This document shows positions 39,215 through 52,176 of a stretch of DNA of 64,000 nucleotides, one piece after another. How positions within the stretch are numbered: the stretch's first letter is position 1; every line of letters starts with the position of its first letter. The position numbers were made by a program, and so were the translations under genes. The stretch covers positions 248,001 through 312,000 of the forward strand of contig MU058418.1 of NCBI GenBank assembly GCA_013265495.1, written 5' to 3'. The DNA is from Vicugna vicugna. Taxonomy: Eukaryota. The notes under the pieces were generated by a model. It saw nothing but the letters and a program-made list of their open reading frames with translations, did no database searches and had not been told where the DNA came from.

Positions 39215-41580
39215 CCATTTATTCATTTGTTAAAGATTTACTGAGCATCTTCTAAGTACAAGGCATTGTTTTAGGTGTTCATGCCAGTGAGCAAAACCAC
39301 AGTGCACTCATAGTTCTTACAGTCTAGTAGGGAAGCCAGATAATCAGATAACCACATAGATAAACACGTAACTGCAAACTGAGATACTTCCAGTGGGGAA
39401 AATGAACATACTTTTATGACGGCAGTAATAAAAGGACCTGATTGAGACTGGAGCTTTGGGAATAGTTTCCTTGAAGTGACACTTGAGCTGACACAGGAAG
39501 GGTGAATAAGGGATAAGTAGTAAAGATGAAGAAGTAGGCAAGCATTGCATGCTAGCTTGCAAGGATTGCACAAACAGAGGAGAACAGTATGTCTGGGGAA
39601 TCAGGGTAGACTGGGGCTGATAGGTAGACAGTGAAGGTAAAAATAGTGCAAGGCAAGGCTGGAGGGACAGACTGGGCCAGATTATGCAGGGTCTTTTGGG
39701 TCACTTACGGGATTTCAGTCTCTATCCATAGAGTGGTGGGATGTTACTAGGGGTTGAAATGGAGGCACAACAGCATCAGATTAAAATTCTGAGATCCCTT
39801 GTAGTGTGGAGAAAGACTAGAATATGGGAGAATTGCATACAGGGAAATGAAGGAAGAGGTTGTTGGAATAGCTAAGGTAAGAGATGACGGCATCATGGAC
39901 CACACAAAAGGGGTAGGCACGGGGTAAAGTCAGGCTGCAGCCTGTGCCACTGACGGTTGGAGAGTGAGGGCATCAACAAGGTACTGCTCTTGACTCCTGC
40001 CAGGGACCGAATGTATGTGTCTCTACAACATTCATATGCTGAAGCCCTACTAGTGTTTAGGTCATATTTAGAGTAAGGAAGTAATTAAGGTTAAATAATT
40101 AATAATGGTGGGGATTAGTGTCCATATAAGAAGAAACACCAGTGAGCTCTCCTGGCTCTTTCACCACGGTTTGAGCACACAGTAAGAAGGTCACTTGCAA
40201 ACCAGGAAGACAGCTCTCACCAGAAACTGAATTGCTAGAATCTTCACCTTGGACGTTTCCAGAATTGAAAGAAAATAAGTATCTGTTGTTTAAGCCACTC
40301 AGTCTATGGTATTTTGTTATGGCAGCTTGAGCTGACCAAAAAAAACTACCTTCTCTAAAATCTTAAGATTCAATCAGTGTGTTTTGAAAGTATATTTATA
40401 CTCTTCCTCCCAACATCTTTTCAGCATGGTCTTAACAACTAACATGTTGGAAAGATCTATATTCTAGCTATCTTTTTGGGGGGGTATCAGAAGTTTTTTT
40501 TAAAATTGAAGTATAGTTAGTTTACAATGTTATGTCATCTTCTGGTGTACAGCACAATGCTTCAGTTGTACATGAATACACATATATTTGTTTTTATATT
40601 CTTTTTCACCATAAGTTACTATATATTTTAGTTATCTTTATGCTATTTCTGTGTAACAAACCACCCCAAAGCTTAGTGGCAAAAAACAACAGCCATTTTA
40701 TGATCACAGATTCTGTGAGTCAGGAATTCAGGAAGGGAACAAGAAGAGGGCTTGTCTCTGCTCCATGATGTCTGGGACCTCAGTTGGGAAGACCTGAAAA
40801 GCTGGGGATGATTCAAAGGGCTAGGGCTGAAACAGCCGAGTTACCAGGGATCTACTTGCAATAAAATGGCTTTTTCACCCACACATCAATCAGGCCCATC
40901 TGGGATGGATGTCTGGAGCACCTTACCCATGGTCTCTCACAGCATGGTGGTTAAGGTCCAACAGGGAACAGACAGAGTGTTTCAAGAGAGTGAGCAATTC
41001 TAAGAGACCTTTTCATGGCTCAGCCTGAGAATTCAGTTAGTGTCACACCTACCGTACTCTACTGATTAAGGCACTCGCAGTTCCACTGAGGTTCAAGGGA
41101 AAGGGTCATAAAGCCTCACTACTTGACAGGAGGCGATGGGAGGAGAGTTAAGGAATTTGTGGCTTAGTTTTGTTGTTGTTTTTAATCATCTCAGTCTACA
41201 AACAAAGAGAGTGTTCAGGAGAGCAACTTGCTTTCTCTGCTCCCTCCCAGTTATGCTTCTGGCTAAGGTGATGATACAGGAGATGGAGCAAAGAGCCGTG
41301 GGGCTAAGCCTGGTGAGGGGCAGAAGATTTAAGGATGACTCATAAGGTTTTGACTTGAGAATCTGGATGAGTGGTGGTGCTCTTAGTGAAGACAGAGAAC
41401 AACAAGAATGGGTTTGGAGGGAAAGATCATGTACTGAGTCTGAGATGCCTGTGACACCTTCAGGTGGAAATACTCAATAAGCAGCAAAATATTCAGCTCT
41501 AGAGCTCAGGAGTGATCTGGGATGGAGATTAAATTGGGACTCACTGGCATATGCAGATGGTAATTGAAGGCTTGGGCTTC
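39215..41580 (-). mobile_element. L2 interrupted by nested MaLR LTRs (~39995-40340 MLT1A/B-like; ~40625-41135 MLT1G/H-like) and an L1 3' fragment (~40490-40620)
   Basis: L2 3' end at 39215-39900 continues at 41330-41580; MLT1 termini ggtattttgttatggcagc and tgtgtaacaaaccaccccaaagcttagtggc; L1 tail aaattgaagtatagttagtttacaatgtt. Confidence 0.75.
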
Positions 41581-42759
41581 ATTTTCTAGTCTATTCTTGT
41601 CCTGTGATCAAAATGGTATTCTATTAAACAACTTACAAGCTTAATAATGATGTTTCATCTCTCAGGCAAATAAACTGCCTTTTAAGATGTTTTGCTGCAA
41701 TAGCTGTCAGTGAGTGACCTGAAGTACCTCTAAATGGCATACAAATTCAATTTAAACATGTATCAAATAAAAACATCCACCAGACCCACTCTAAACTTGA
41801 GGGCCTACTTAATTGAAAGGGCCATTATATACACTAAGCTTTCCTGTCACCAATAGCTTTTCTGCCTTCTCAATATCTGTGTCAACCTTAGCTTTCTGGC
41901 CTATACACATCTAACTTAATACTCCTGTATTTGATTTCCACTATGCTTACTTCATAATACATTTGCTGTTCTCCCCTTTAAATAAAAACATTTTGTGGGT
42001 TAAAAAATAGACAGTACTATTTTTTTAAATGTGGTAGTGGGCACCTAGGTGTTTTATTTTCATTCTTTAAACTGTATATATGTCATACACACTGTTCTGT
42101 ATGCTTGATACATTTCATAACAAAAAAAACACTCATTTAAACCACACTCAATAGCCTTTAAACCTGAATAAATTCAACATTTTTATTTGCAATGAATGAT
42201 TTAAGACTGTGTCTACTTTATGAAAAAAGGATGTTAGTAAAATTATAAGTATTTATTATCACTGCCACCTGCATCTTCAAAGTCTTGGATATGTGAGTGA
42301 TGTCAGCTTGAACAGATGCCCAGCAAACAATAAAACATGACACGGCGTGTTTTATTAGCTAGTTAATACATGTCTTGGGTACAATGTGAGGGACAGGTTG
42401 TGAGTAAATGTACCAATGAAATACACCCCAGAGGATCTTAATGCTTTTATACTGCACTCACTGTTTCACTTTTAAACCCCTTAAAATCTTCTCTCTTAAA
42501 GGTAGTTTTTTACATGTATATATACTTGGGATAGTTTTTACTTCAAAGAAAGGAAAATAAAATTTTCCTATTTCTAATCTACAAAGAAAACTTTCATTAT
42601 GAACTCCATTCTACTTCGATAAGGTTAATTAGTTTCTTTGAACTCAAACTCACTTCACCCATTTTTATGGGAATAGTCTGCAAAACTCTGAATTTTGATC
42701 ATTATTCTGTGCTTCTGTTTGTACACTGCATAGTAAGTTCTCCACATAAAACATTGTAG

Positions 42760-43232
42760 TCCTTTCTGGCTGCCTGAGGATTGACTGCCATCACGAACAA
42801 CATGGTACCTATTCCAACCAGGAAGTGCATGACCAACCAACTACTTCAGTGGAAACAAATGGTCATTGATGACCTTCCTCCTGGGAAGGCAACAGTGCAG
42901 TGCCTAAGACAGAAATTTGGGAAAAGCTTGCTAAAATGTATAAAACCACAATTGATGTCATCTTTGAATTTGGATTCAAAAAGCCCATTTTAGTAGTGGG
43001 AAGACACTTGGCTTCAGCATGATTTACAATTCATGAAGTCAAACACAGACTTGCAAGACATGGCCTTTATGAGCAGAAAAAGATCTCAAAAAGCAGGGAA
43101 AGGAACACAAAAGCAGATTGAAGAAAGTTGGTGCTGGCAAAAAGAAGGTGCAGATTCTGCAATGACCTTATCTGTGGTGACTGCAGATTTTTTTCATAAG
43201 AAAATTAATAAACTATAAAAACTTCAAGAAAA
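42760..43232 (+). pseudogene. RPS24: RPS24 (eS24) processed pseudogene, antisense within PDSS2 intron 4
   Basis: 5'UTR-like cctttctggctgcctgaggattgactgccatc; start codon mutated to ACG (42793). Intronless peptide remnants: [71 protein letters not shown]. Frameshifting cagtg duplication (42893-42902), internal deletions, 3'UTR with AATAAA at 43207-43212, then a short A-rich tail. Confidence 0.95.
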
Positions 43233-43524
43233 GCACACACACACACACGCACACAAACACACAAACCCACTGTGGGTTCTTCATGAACAACCCTGACATG
43301 GATTTCCTGAAACTCCAAGTACTAAAATTCTGCTCTCTGCAGCCAGGGGACAGGTGGCATTCCAGTTACTAAGTGGGTCCCAGCCCTAGAAAGCAGGGCT
43401 TCTGTCCTCAGGCTTGAAGCCTCCAGTTAGCTCCTCAAATCAGAGCCCTAATGACAGGCTTGGCCTAGACCTCCAGGTCCCCACAGATTCTCTGACTCCA
43501 GCTGACTTCAGTTGACTACTGGTA

Positions 43525-44000
43525 AAGCTACTCCTAGATTCAGTGGCTTCAAAAAATAATCATTTATTACTGCTCATGTGTCTGTGGATCAGCTGGGATT
43601 CAGCTAATTTAGACTGGTGGCTCTGCTTCTCACTGTATGTCTCTGGTTGGCCGGAGACGCTTTGCTCCAAGTGTCTCTCATTCTTCTTGGACCAGCAGTC
43701 TATCCAGGGCATGTTTTTCTCATGGTGATGGCAGAGGCCCAAGAGAGCCTCCTACTGACCAAAGCAAATCAAATGGCTGGGGTAAAGGGCATATAGGAAC
43801 ACCCAGTCCATAGCAGAAGGGCATCGTAGTTACATGGCAAAGGACGTGGATGTGTATATTAGTTATCTATTGCTGCATAATAAATCACCCCAAACTTAGT
43901 GGCTTAAAACAACAAGAAACATTTATTGTGTCTCACAATTTCTGTGGGTCAGGAATTCAGGAATGGCTCAGCTGGGTGATTCTAGCTTGGGGCTATTCAT
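43525..44000 (-). mobile_element. Two adjacent MaLR (MLT1) LTR fragments
   Basis: cagtggcttcaaaaaataatcatttattactgctcatg..; tattagttatctattgctgcataataaatcaccccaaacttagtggcttaaaacaac. Confidence 0.8.
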
Positions 44001-44319
44001 GAAAAACCAGAAATGCTGAATTTTGCAGACAAAGTCTAAAATGAACCTGTACAAATACTCTATATTTTTAATTACTGTCTATTACTTAAAAAATTTTTTT
44101 TGCAAATCAATACATTTTAAGGAAAAATGCTGTTTAGAGGGTTCTTAGCACCAAAATGAAAGACTATAATATGTAAAGAACAAGTTAAGCAATGGTGAAC
44201 ATTGATTCAATTCCACAGAATACACAGTAAGAGAGTAATAAAACAGGAGACATAAACGGCAAATCACTTAGTAAGTTGAGAGAGAGGATACCTGCAGAAC
44301 TCCTGGGCCCTTGCCCTTC

Positions 44320-45315
44320 ACTTCTTTCCATTGCCAACAATCTCATCTGTTGCTTCACACTTGTGTTATTTCAACACTCTTCCAGCTGGTTTCTCTGCTT
44401 CTAATTCCTCTGGCTTCCAACTTCTCGTATTCACAGCTTCTACAATAATCTCTATCAAAGATCTTCTCTTTGTGTAAGATCCTATGGTGCTTCCTTCTGC
44501 TTACTATCTTAAATCCAAACTCCCCAATAAAAATGTTCAAGATCTATCCATTGACTCACTGATCCTTTTTAAAATTATCACCCTTTCATAGCAAGTGCTT
44601 TTTGCTTCAGCTCTGACTATAGTTTTGTCTCCATTTCACTTCTCAATACACATACTTAATTTGTCCAGCACAGCTGTTAGTGCATAATAGGCTCTCATTA
44701 ACATTTGTTGACTGAACAGACCTAGAGTAATAACTAGGTAACCATAAAGTGAAATTACAAGTTTCTCTTCTTAGTTTTGGTTGAACCTGTGTTCAAAGCA
44801 CCTTTATGTTTGAGCCACATATCTTTTCATAATACCTGTCTGCCTCTCTGAACATACCTCTCATCACTCTTCTGTTCACCCACCATGCTCCAGCTGGGTA
44901 GGCCTTCTTTCTACTTTTGGGATACATTAAGCTGGTTCCTCTCTCAGGTCTTTGCCTGAGTTGCTTTCTCTTCCTGGAATGCTTTTTCCTCTGTGTATTT
45001 TTCCACACAGCTGCCTGCTTTTTGTTACCTAGATCTCAGCTTCAAAGTTATTTCCTCAGGGAGGACCTCCAAGAACATTCACTCCAAAGCAACTCTCTCA
45101 ATCTTTTATTAACACTTCTCCCTATTTAGTTCTTCACTGTGCAGTACCAGTTATTTTTCTTGATCATCTATTTATGTGATTAATTGTTTATAGTTGGCCT
45201 TTCCACCAAGATGTAAGCTCCACGAAAACAAAGATGTTTTGCTTACTGACCACTTGTATCACTAATGTCTGCCACACAGCAGATGCTCAAAAGATATGTT
45301 AAATGAATGAATAAA
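44320..45315 (+). mobile_element. L2 fragments
   Basis: ccatgctccagc..ggccttctt..cttcctggaatgc..gatgtaagctccacgaa..aaatgaatgaataaa. Confidence 0.75.
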
Positions 45316-47411
45316 CAAATCTGACTTCCCAGTCAATGCTCAAATTCAATTTTCTGATCCCAGGAAACCTCAACAACTTCTCCTAATTCATTTCTGCTAT
45401 ACCTTCTAAGACTCAAAAGAAAATTAGCTCCTCCAAGGAGCTTCCCTTGAAATACTGTTCATTCTTAATATTGCACATTCACCTATATATTTTGCTTATA
45501 TCATATAATTTGACAAGTGGTCTTACAGGTAAATAGCTCTCCAGTGGTTTCATGCATGTTTTTCCTCTGACCTATATATATCATCAGATCCTTGAGGGCA
45601 AGTGTGTGTTTTTTGTTACAGCTTTGTTTTGAATGCTCCAGTAGCCCTCAGTGCACTATTGTACACATAGCATCAATTCAATGTAGGTTTACTAATAAAC
45701 ACTTGACCAAAATGGCCTAATATAGACCTGTGGCTAATGTAGGATTCATGATAACAAGTCAACCAGAAACCAATGAGAAACACATTATCTAGATTTTCAA
45801 ATTTTAATCTCTTTATTATGTGAAAGCATCAAGAGAATCTTACTCTTTCAGTTTGCATCAAAAAAATTACCTTCACTGAGACATGAATTACTACATATCC
45901 TCTGATTTCTGGGTAGATGCTGGGAGAATGGGCTGTTTGCAATTTTATGTTGAAGGTACTATTCACTATATTCACCAATATCCTTTACATTAGGGCCCAT
46001 CACATAGATCCCTATGTGTTTAATTTTAGAAAAAAATTTCTATACAAAAATTATTTGTAAAAAAAATTATTTGTAGCACTAGTCATCAAATAATAAATTC
46101 AGAACACAACCCATTTCTCTTTCAGTCTTAGTTGGGAAGAAACAGTGTCAAATTCAAAATCCACTTACAGTGCATCCTGGTAGTACTGATTACCATTTCC
46201 ATTTCTTTTGTATTCTCCATTCTATTTTTATTTTTCTAAAGTTTTTTGTTTCTTTGTCTACCAAAACTCATTTAGCTATAAGTTTACAAAGAGGAATTCC
46301 CACATTACCTCTCTGGAGCTCTTGACTCTCTCTTTCATCTGGAGAGTCTGCCAACACCTCAACAGTAATATGATATCAACCAAACTCACTCACTTCTCTC
46401 TATAACCAGAAGTCTTTTATGTCAAATCCATCATCATTTTTTTTCTGGTCAACCAGCTGAAAAACATTGGAGCCATTTCTGATTTCTTATTTTTATGGAT
46501 GAGGTAACCAACAGACAAACTAAAATAAGTTCTTTAGGGTACCAGTATCATACAGTTTATAGGGGGAAATGTTATACTTGTTATGTTTTAAAAAGTGATC
46601 ACAATACACACTAAAAAATAAAATTATGAGGATCGGCACTTCTAGCAAGATGGAACAATAGTACTGGATTACTCTCACACCTGATACAACTAGAATACTG
46701 CACAAAATATACGAAAACAAGAGCTTTTAAGGCACTGAAAATCAGACAACAAAGGACCATGATCTCTGAGAGATGGGAAATGAATTAGCTTTACAATTGT
46801 TCCAGCTTACTGCTTGGATAGAATGCCAGGTTGCAATAGAGCCTTAAAAGTCTCCTTGAGTTGAGGAGATGGACATGGATGTCTAGAGAGGACAAAGAGG
46901 TTAGAGTTAGTGGCCAGAGTTCACAAGACAGAGTGCTCAAGAAAAGACAGATGCACAGAGCTCTGGGGGTGTACAGAGAGTTTCTCTCAAGTCTTCAGCT
47001 GAGTATTGCCAATGCATGGGTGCAAAGAAACCATCAAAGTCTAGGGGAAGAATCATTCAGAAAATACGGAGTGAACAATCCCTATAGCTCACAGGTCTGG
47101 CAATAGTTCCTGTTCCCACCAGTCTGAGTGGAAAACTCATAATTCATAGGGTATTAGTAGAGAACTCTGAAGGGTTTGCTTCAGCAGTGGGGAAAATTAG
47201 CCCTAGACTAAATGCTACTCTAGTCCTATGTAACAAAGCTTAGACTAACTGCTACTCTAGCATGTAAGACCTGAAAGGATCAAACTCTTTCCAGTCACTT
47301 AACTGCTTTCCATAAGAAAGCTCAAGAATATTTATAGAGACACAAAAATATCTAGCATCCAACAAAATAAAATTCACAGTGTCTGGCATCTAATTGAAAA
47401 TAACCAAGCAT

Positions 47412-47413
<2 letters not shown>

Positions 47414-47483
<70 letters not shown>

Positions 47484-47526
47484 AAAAAAAAAAGAAAGAA
47501 AGAAAGAAAGAAAGAAAGAAAAAAAA
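47414..47526 (+). repeat. A57-G-A22-(GAAA)n purine tract
   Basis: Read directly; source of the poly-Phe ORFs. Confidence 0.95.
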
Positions 47527-47925
47527 GGCAGGAAAATACAATGCATAATGAGGAATAAAATCAGTCAATTGAAATCAACTTAGAAATGACAGATGATAGA
47601 ATTAATAGATAGGGATATTAAAACAGTTTTCATAACTGTATTCCATATGGTCTAGGAGCTAGAAGAAACATTGAGCATGTTAAGTAGAGACATGGAAGAT
47701 ATAAATTGGTGAACTTGAATGCACACCAACAGAAACTATCCGAAATGAAATGTAAAGAGAAAAACATGGGGAAAAAAAAGAATACACCATCAGTGGGCTC
47801 TGGGAAAACTTCAAGCAGCCTATTACATATGCAATTGAAGTCCCTATGATAAAGGAGAGGGGAGGAAAGAACAAAAAATATAGAAAGAAATAATGACCAA
47901 TATTTGATAAAATATTTCAATATTT

Positions 47926-48195
47926 TTTAACATTTTTTATTGATTTATAATCATTTTACAATGTTGTGTCAAATTCCAGTGTTCAGCACAATTTTTCAGT
48001 CATTCATGGACATATACACACTCATTGTCACATTTTTTTCTCTGTGATTTATCATAACATTTTGTGTATATTTCCCTGTGCTATACAGTGTAATCTTGTT
48101 TATCTATTCTACAATTTTGAAATCCCAGTCTATCCCTTCCCACCCTCTACCCCACTGGTAACCACAAGTCTGTATTCTCTGTCCATGAGTCTATT
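47926..48195 (-). mobile_element. Young camelid-type L1 3' end, 5'-truncated, with 18-bp TSD
   Basis: ttttttaacattttttattgatttataatcattttacaatgttgtgtcaaattccagtg..ggtaaccacaagtctgtattctct; taaaatatttcaatattt repeated at 47908-47925 and 48196-48213. Confidence 0.9.
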
Positions 48196-50299
48196 TAAAA
48201 TATTTCAATATTTGATAAAAACAATAAACTCATAGATTCAAGAAGTTCAATGAACCACAAGCACAAGAATCATGAAAAAAAAATGATACCACTCCATCAC
48301 AATAAAAGAAAATCATAAAAACAGCCAGAGAGATTTAGACATGTTATGTAAAGAGGAACAAAGGATGACAGTAGCTTTTTTGTTGGAAACAACGTAAGTG
48401 AAAAGACAATGAAATAATATCTTCAAAACACTGAAAGAAAATAAAAGTCATCAATCTTGAATTCTGTATCCATGAACATATCTCTCAAAAGCAGGGTTGA
48501 AATAAAGATTTTTTCAGAGACACAAAAGCTGAAAGATTAATTACCAGAAGACCTGCACTATAGGCACTGTCAAAAAAAACTGGAAGAAGAAAAATAATAC
48601 CACATGGAAACCTGAATCAACATAAAGAAATGAAAAACACTGAAGATATTAACTATGTGGGTAAATATAAAAGACTTAAAAAAATGAAATTGCTTTAAAA
48701 TATAATCGAATGTTTAAAGTAAAAATAATAACAATGTATTGTGGAATTTATAATATATGTGTAAGTGAAATGTAAGACAAACCTGAGAGGGAAGAAACAG
48801 AAATAAACTTTTGTAAGGTTCTTGCAGTATAAGTAAAAGATCACTTGCAGGTAGCTTGTGGTAAGTAAAAACTATATATCATAAATTCAAAAGCAACCAT
48901 TAAAAAAATGTATCAAAGATTTATAGCTAAGAAGTTAAAAAAAGAGACAAAATGGCATCATGTAAAATAATCTAAGAGAAAGCAGAAAAAGAAGAAAAGG
49001 GAAGAAAGAATAAATGAGACAAATAAAAAATAAATAACAAATAGTAGATTTAAAGTCAATCATATTAAAAAGCATCCAATGTAAATGATCTAAAGAGACA
49101 AATTAAAAGATAGAGATTGTCAGGCTGGATAAAAGAGCAAAATCCTATATACAGGAAGCCCATTTAAAATATATAAAAGGTAAAAGGATGGAAAAAACAT
49201 ATACCATGATAATTTTAATCAAAAGAAAGCTAGAGTGGTTAAATTGATCAGGAAGTTAATATAATGATCCTAAAGGTTAATGTGCCTAAAGCAGAGCTTC
49301 AAAATACATGGAAAAACCTGACAGAACTGCAGGGAGAAACAGAAAAATCCATAATTATAGTCAGAGACTTTAACACCTTTCTCTCAGTAACTGATAGAAC
49401 AAGTAGGATGAAAATAATTATAGATATAGAAGACTTTAATGACACTATCAATCAAATTGACTTAATTGATATTTACAGAACAGTCTAAGAAATAATAGCA
49501 GAATATATATTCTTAAGTGAATATAAAACATTTACCAGGATAGATCATATTTGGGCCATAAAACAGCTCTTGATAAATTTAAAATAATTCAAGCCATATA
49601 AAATATATTCCCTAAACATAATGGTATTATAAATCAGTAACAGAAGTACATTTGGAAAATCCCCAAATATTTGGAAATTAAATAACAAACTTTTAAATAA
49701 TCTGTAAGTCAAAGGAAGAAAAATCAAAAGAGAAAATTAGTAAGTAGTGTGAACTGAATGGAAATGAAAAACAACATAATGGAAATTTGTGAGATGCTAC
49801 TAACATAGCACTTAGAGGGAAATTCATTACACTAAATGCCATATTAGAAAAGAATCAGGTCTCAAATAAATGATTTCAGCTTAAAAAAAACTAATAATAA
49901 ATAAATAAATAAATGTAAAATCAAAACAATCAGAAGAAAAGAGATGATAAAGCTCAGAGTAAACCTCAATTAATTCACCATATTAACAAACTAAAAAAGA
50001 AGAACCCAAAAGACAATGAGAAAAAAAAAAACTAAAAAAGGGAAATATGATCACCTCAGTAACTGCAGAAATAAAAACTGTCAAAATCTAACATTAATTC
50101 CTGATTTAAAAAGTCTCAGGAAATTAGGAATATAAGGGAATGTTTTCACTAATAAAGAGCGTCTACTAAAACAAAAACAAAATCCTACAGCTAACATCAC
50201 ACTTAATGGTGGTAAAATACTGAACACTTTCCTCCTAGCATCAGGAGCAAGGCAAGGATGTCCATTCTCACTACTTAAACATTATATTGGAGGCTCTAG

Positions 50300-50585
50300 T
50301 TGTTGGGCCTGAGATTTGATTATACTCTGCATACAAACTGAGTTAGCTTCCTACTGTTTTGAAGATGCTAAGACTCCTGGGTCAGAGACAAAGGACTTTA
50401 TTATTCACAGCAAGGCAAGAAGTATGTGCATTAGCATATCTGTATTGGTTACCCTTGACCCCAGATCCTGTAGGGGCAATGCAATGGGCTCAGATGGATG
50501 CTGTGCTGTCAGTGGATTTATGTTACAGCTAAAAAACACTGAGTTTGAGGGAGCCACTGACTTTGCAGCAAGTAGTAAGCAAGGA
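50300..50585 (-). mobile_element. ERVL-type LTR fragment (LTR40-like), within the L1M
   Basis: gactcctgggtcagagacaaaggactttattattcacagc..gggctcagatggatgc. Confidence 0.6.
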
Positions 50586-50958
50586 GTGCTGGATGTGTTT
50601 ATTATCTTCATTGTGATGACAGCTTCATTGGACACACATATATACCAAAACATATCAGATGTGCACTTTAAATATTTGCAGTTTACTGTACATCAATAAA
50701 GCTGTCAAAAATGAGAAAAATTTTCCATTCCAAGCATTCTAGGCCTTTCTATATCATTAAGTTAACAAATATTTTTGGGTTACTACTACTGTGCTAGGCC
50801 CTGTGCTGATACTGGGAATAATATAATCGTAAACAAAATCCCTCCTCCCATGGAGTTTATATTCTTGTAGAAGGAGACTGAAAATAAATAATAAGAAAAA
50901 CATTGGATAGTGACAACTCTGATTAAAATAAGAAGAATTAAGTAGGGTGGCTACTTTA

Positions 50959-51103
50959 TTAGTTTTTAAAAATTTTTTGGGGGGATATTAGGTTTATTTA
51001 TTATTTTATTTTACTTTATTTATTTTTAATGGAGGTACTGGGGATTGAACCCAGGACCTTGTGCATGTTACCACTGAGCTATATTCTCCCTGCCCCACCT
51101 CCC
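50959..51103 (-). mobile_element. Camelid tRNA-derived SINE (Vic-1-like), internally deleted, with 15-bp TSD
   Basis: Reverse strand reads TATAGCTCAGTGG (A box) TAACATGCACAAGGTCCTGGGTTCAATCCCC (B box) AGTACCTCCATTAAAAAATAAATAAA; TSD agggtggctacttta at 50944-50958 and 51104-51118. Confidence 0.88.
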
Positions 51104-52176
51104 AGGGTGGCTACTTTAGACTGGGAGCAAGGTAGTCTCTCTGAGATGATACTGACGTAGAGTTATGACAATCAAGAAGGGGTCAGCCATGGTGAGCTAG
51201 GAGAAGAGCAACTCTGATCTTCATTATTATTTTGATTTCCCAACTGTTCTCATCTCCCTCTGATCTCCTGTAAGCCACTGCTGAACTGACTTCCCCAAAG
51301 GTTAACATGATCATGTAATTATTTTGTTTTAAAACCTTTGATCTCTCTCCTATCTCAATAACTAAATATGACATTAGCTCTATATTCTGAGTCTTCATGC
51401 ATATGATAAAAACCTATCTTTCCAGTCTCCTCACTATTCCTTTACTCTTACATGAAGGGAGCCCTGATCTTAAGTATGCTTCCTGCTTCTGAACATGCTG
51501 TTTCCTCTGCTCAGAATGCCATCCTTCTCCTCAAGGATGCCATCAGTAGAGAGCCTTCCTATCCTTAAATGTCTGTCTCAAATATCACATTCTCTTTAAT
51601 ATTTTTTCTAATTTTCCCAACCAGATGTAATTTTTGTTCACATTTCTCCCTGTTACTTTTCTCAATGGGAAAAACTCTTCTTGCTCATCTTTCTGTTATA
51701 TTTTACATGGTGGTGTAGGGCTTTTCAGATAGATAATCCACAACTTCCTAGTGGATTGAATTATTTTATCTTTATGTTTTACTTGAAAGCTGCATGAAAG
51801 CCAATAGAGAAAAAAAAAGGATAAGCATAAAGACAAAACAAAAAAGTGGACGGAAGTTATCTTACCCCACAGAAGCAATGATATTCCTCATAAGAGAATA
51901 ACCTACTGAAAATGCAATGTGTTTAGAAAAAACTAGAGTAGATCTTTATAATTACTGTGACTCTGTTAAAAGCAGTTCTTTTCCAGGAGAACTGGATCCT
52001 CCTTAAAACCCTCTCACTTTCCTGAGACTGGGACCAGGCTAACATCAGCAGAACCAAGAAGTGTGCTGTTCCTCATCTCAACACCAACATGAGTTGAAGA
52101 CATATCCCTTTCAAAGGACCTTGATTAGATTCTTAAGGTGGGTGGGAAATAAACAATAAAAAAATCAGAAAAAGAG

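Larger units (their letters stand above)
46630..50710 (+). mobile_element. Old L1M (L1MC/MD-type) element: 5' region, ORF1 and ORF2 remnants, with younger insertions
   Basis: ORF 49264-49488 (IIIVRDFNTFLSVTDRTSRMKI..DIEDFNDTINQIDLIDIYRT) is L1 ORF2 endonuclease; RT-region tcaggagcaaggcaaggatgtccattctcactact at ~50240; 3' tail at ~50590-50710. Confidence 0.88.

Noticed and set aside
42781..42993. 70-aa ORF with RPS24 similarity as a functional gene
   Set aside because: The authentic start is mutated to ACG, with a frameshift after KATV and further deletions. It is a pseudogene.
47205..47262. Direct repeat tagactaa(a/c)tgctactctag separated by a short spacer; similar two-copy repeats at ~3732-3766 and ~46046-46075
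   Set aside because: Only two copies each, consistent with local tandem duplication. Not CRISPR-like, and the context is eukaryotic.
47352..47568. Poly-Phe ORFs
   Set aside because: Translation artefact of the poly(A) tract.
49264..49488. Endonuclease-like ORF as an active element or novel nuclease
   Set aside because: Short remnant of L1 ORF2 (GDFN changed to RDFN) within a heavily disrupted old L1.
51025..51090. tRNA gene
   Set aside because: A and B boxes belong to a SINE with an A-rich tail and TSD; no complete cloverleaf.
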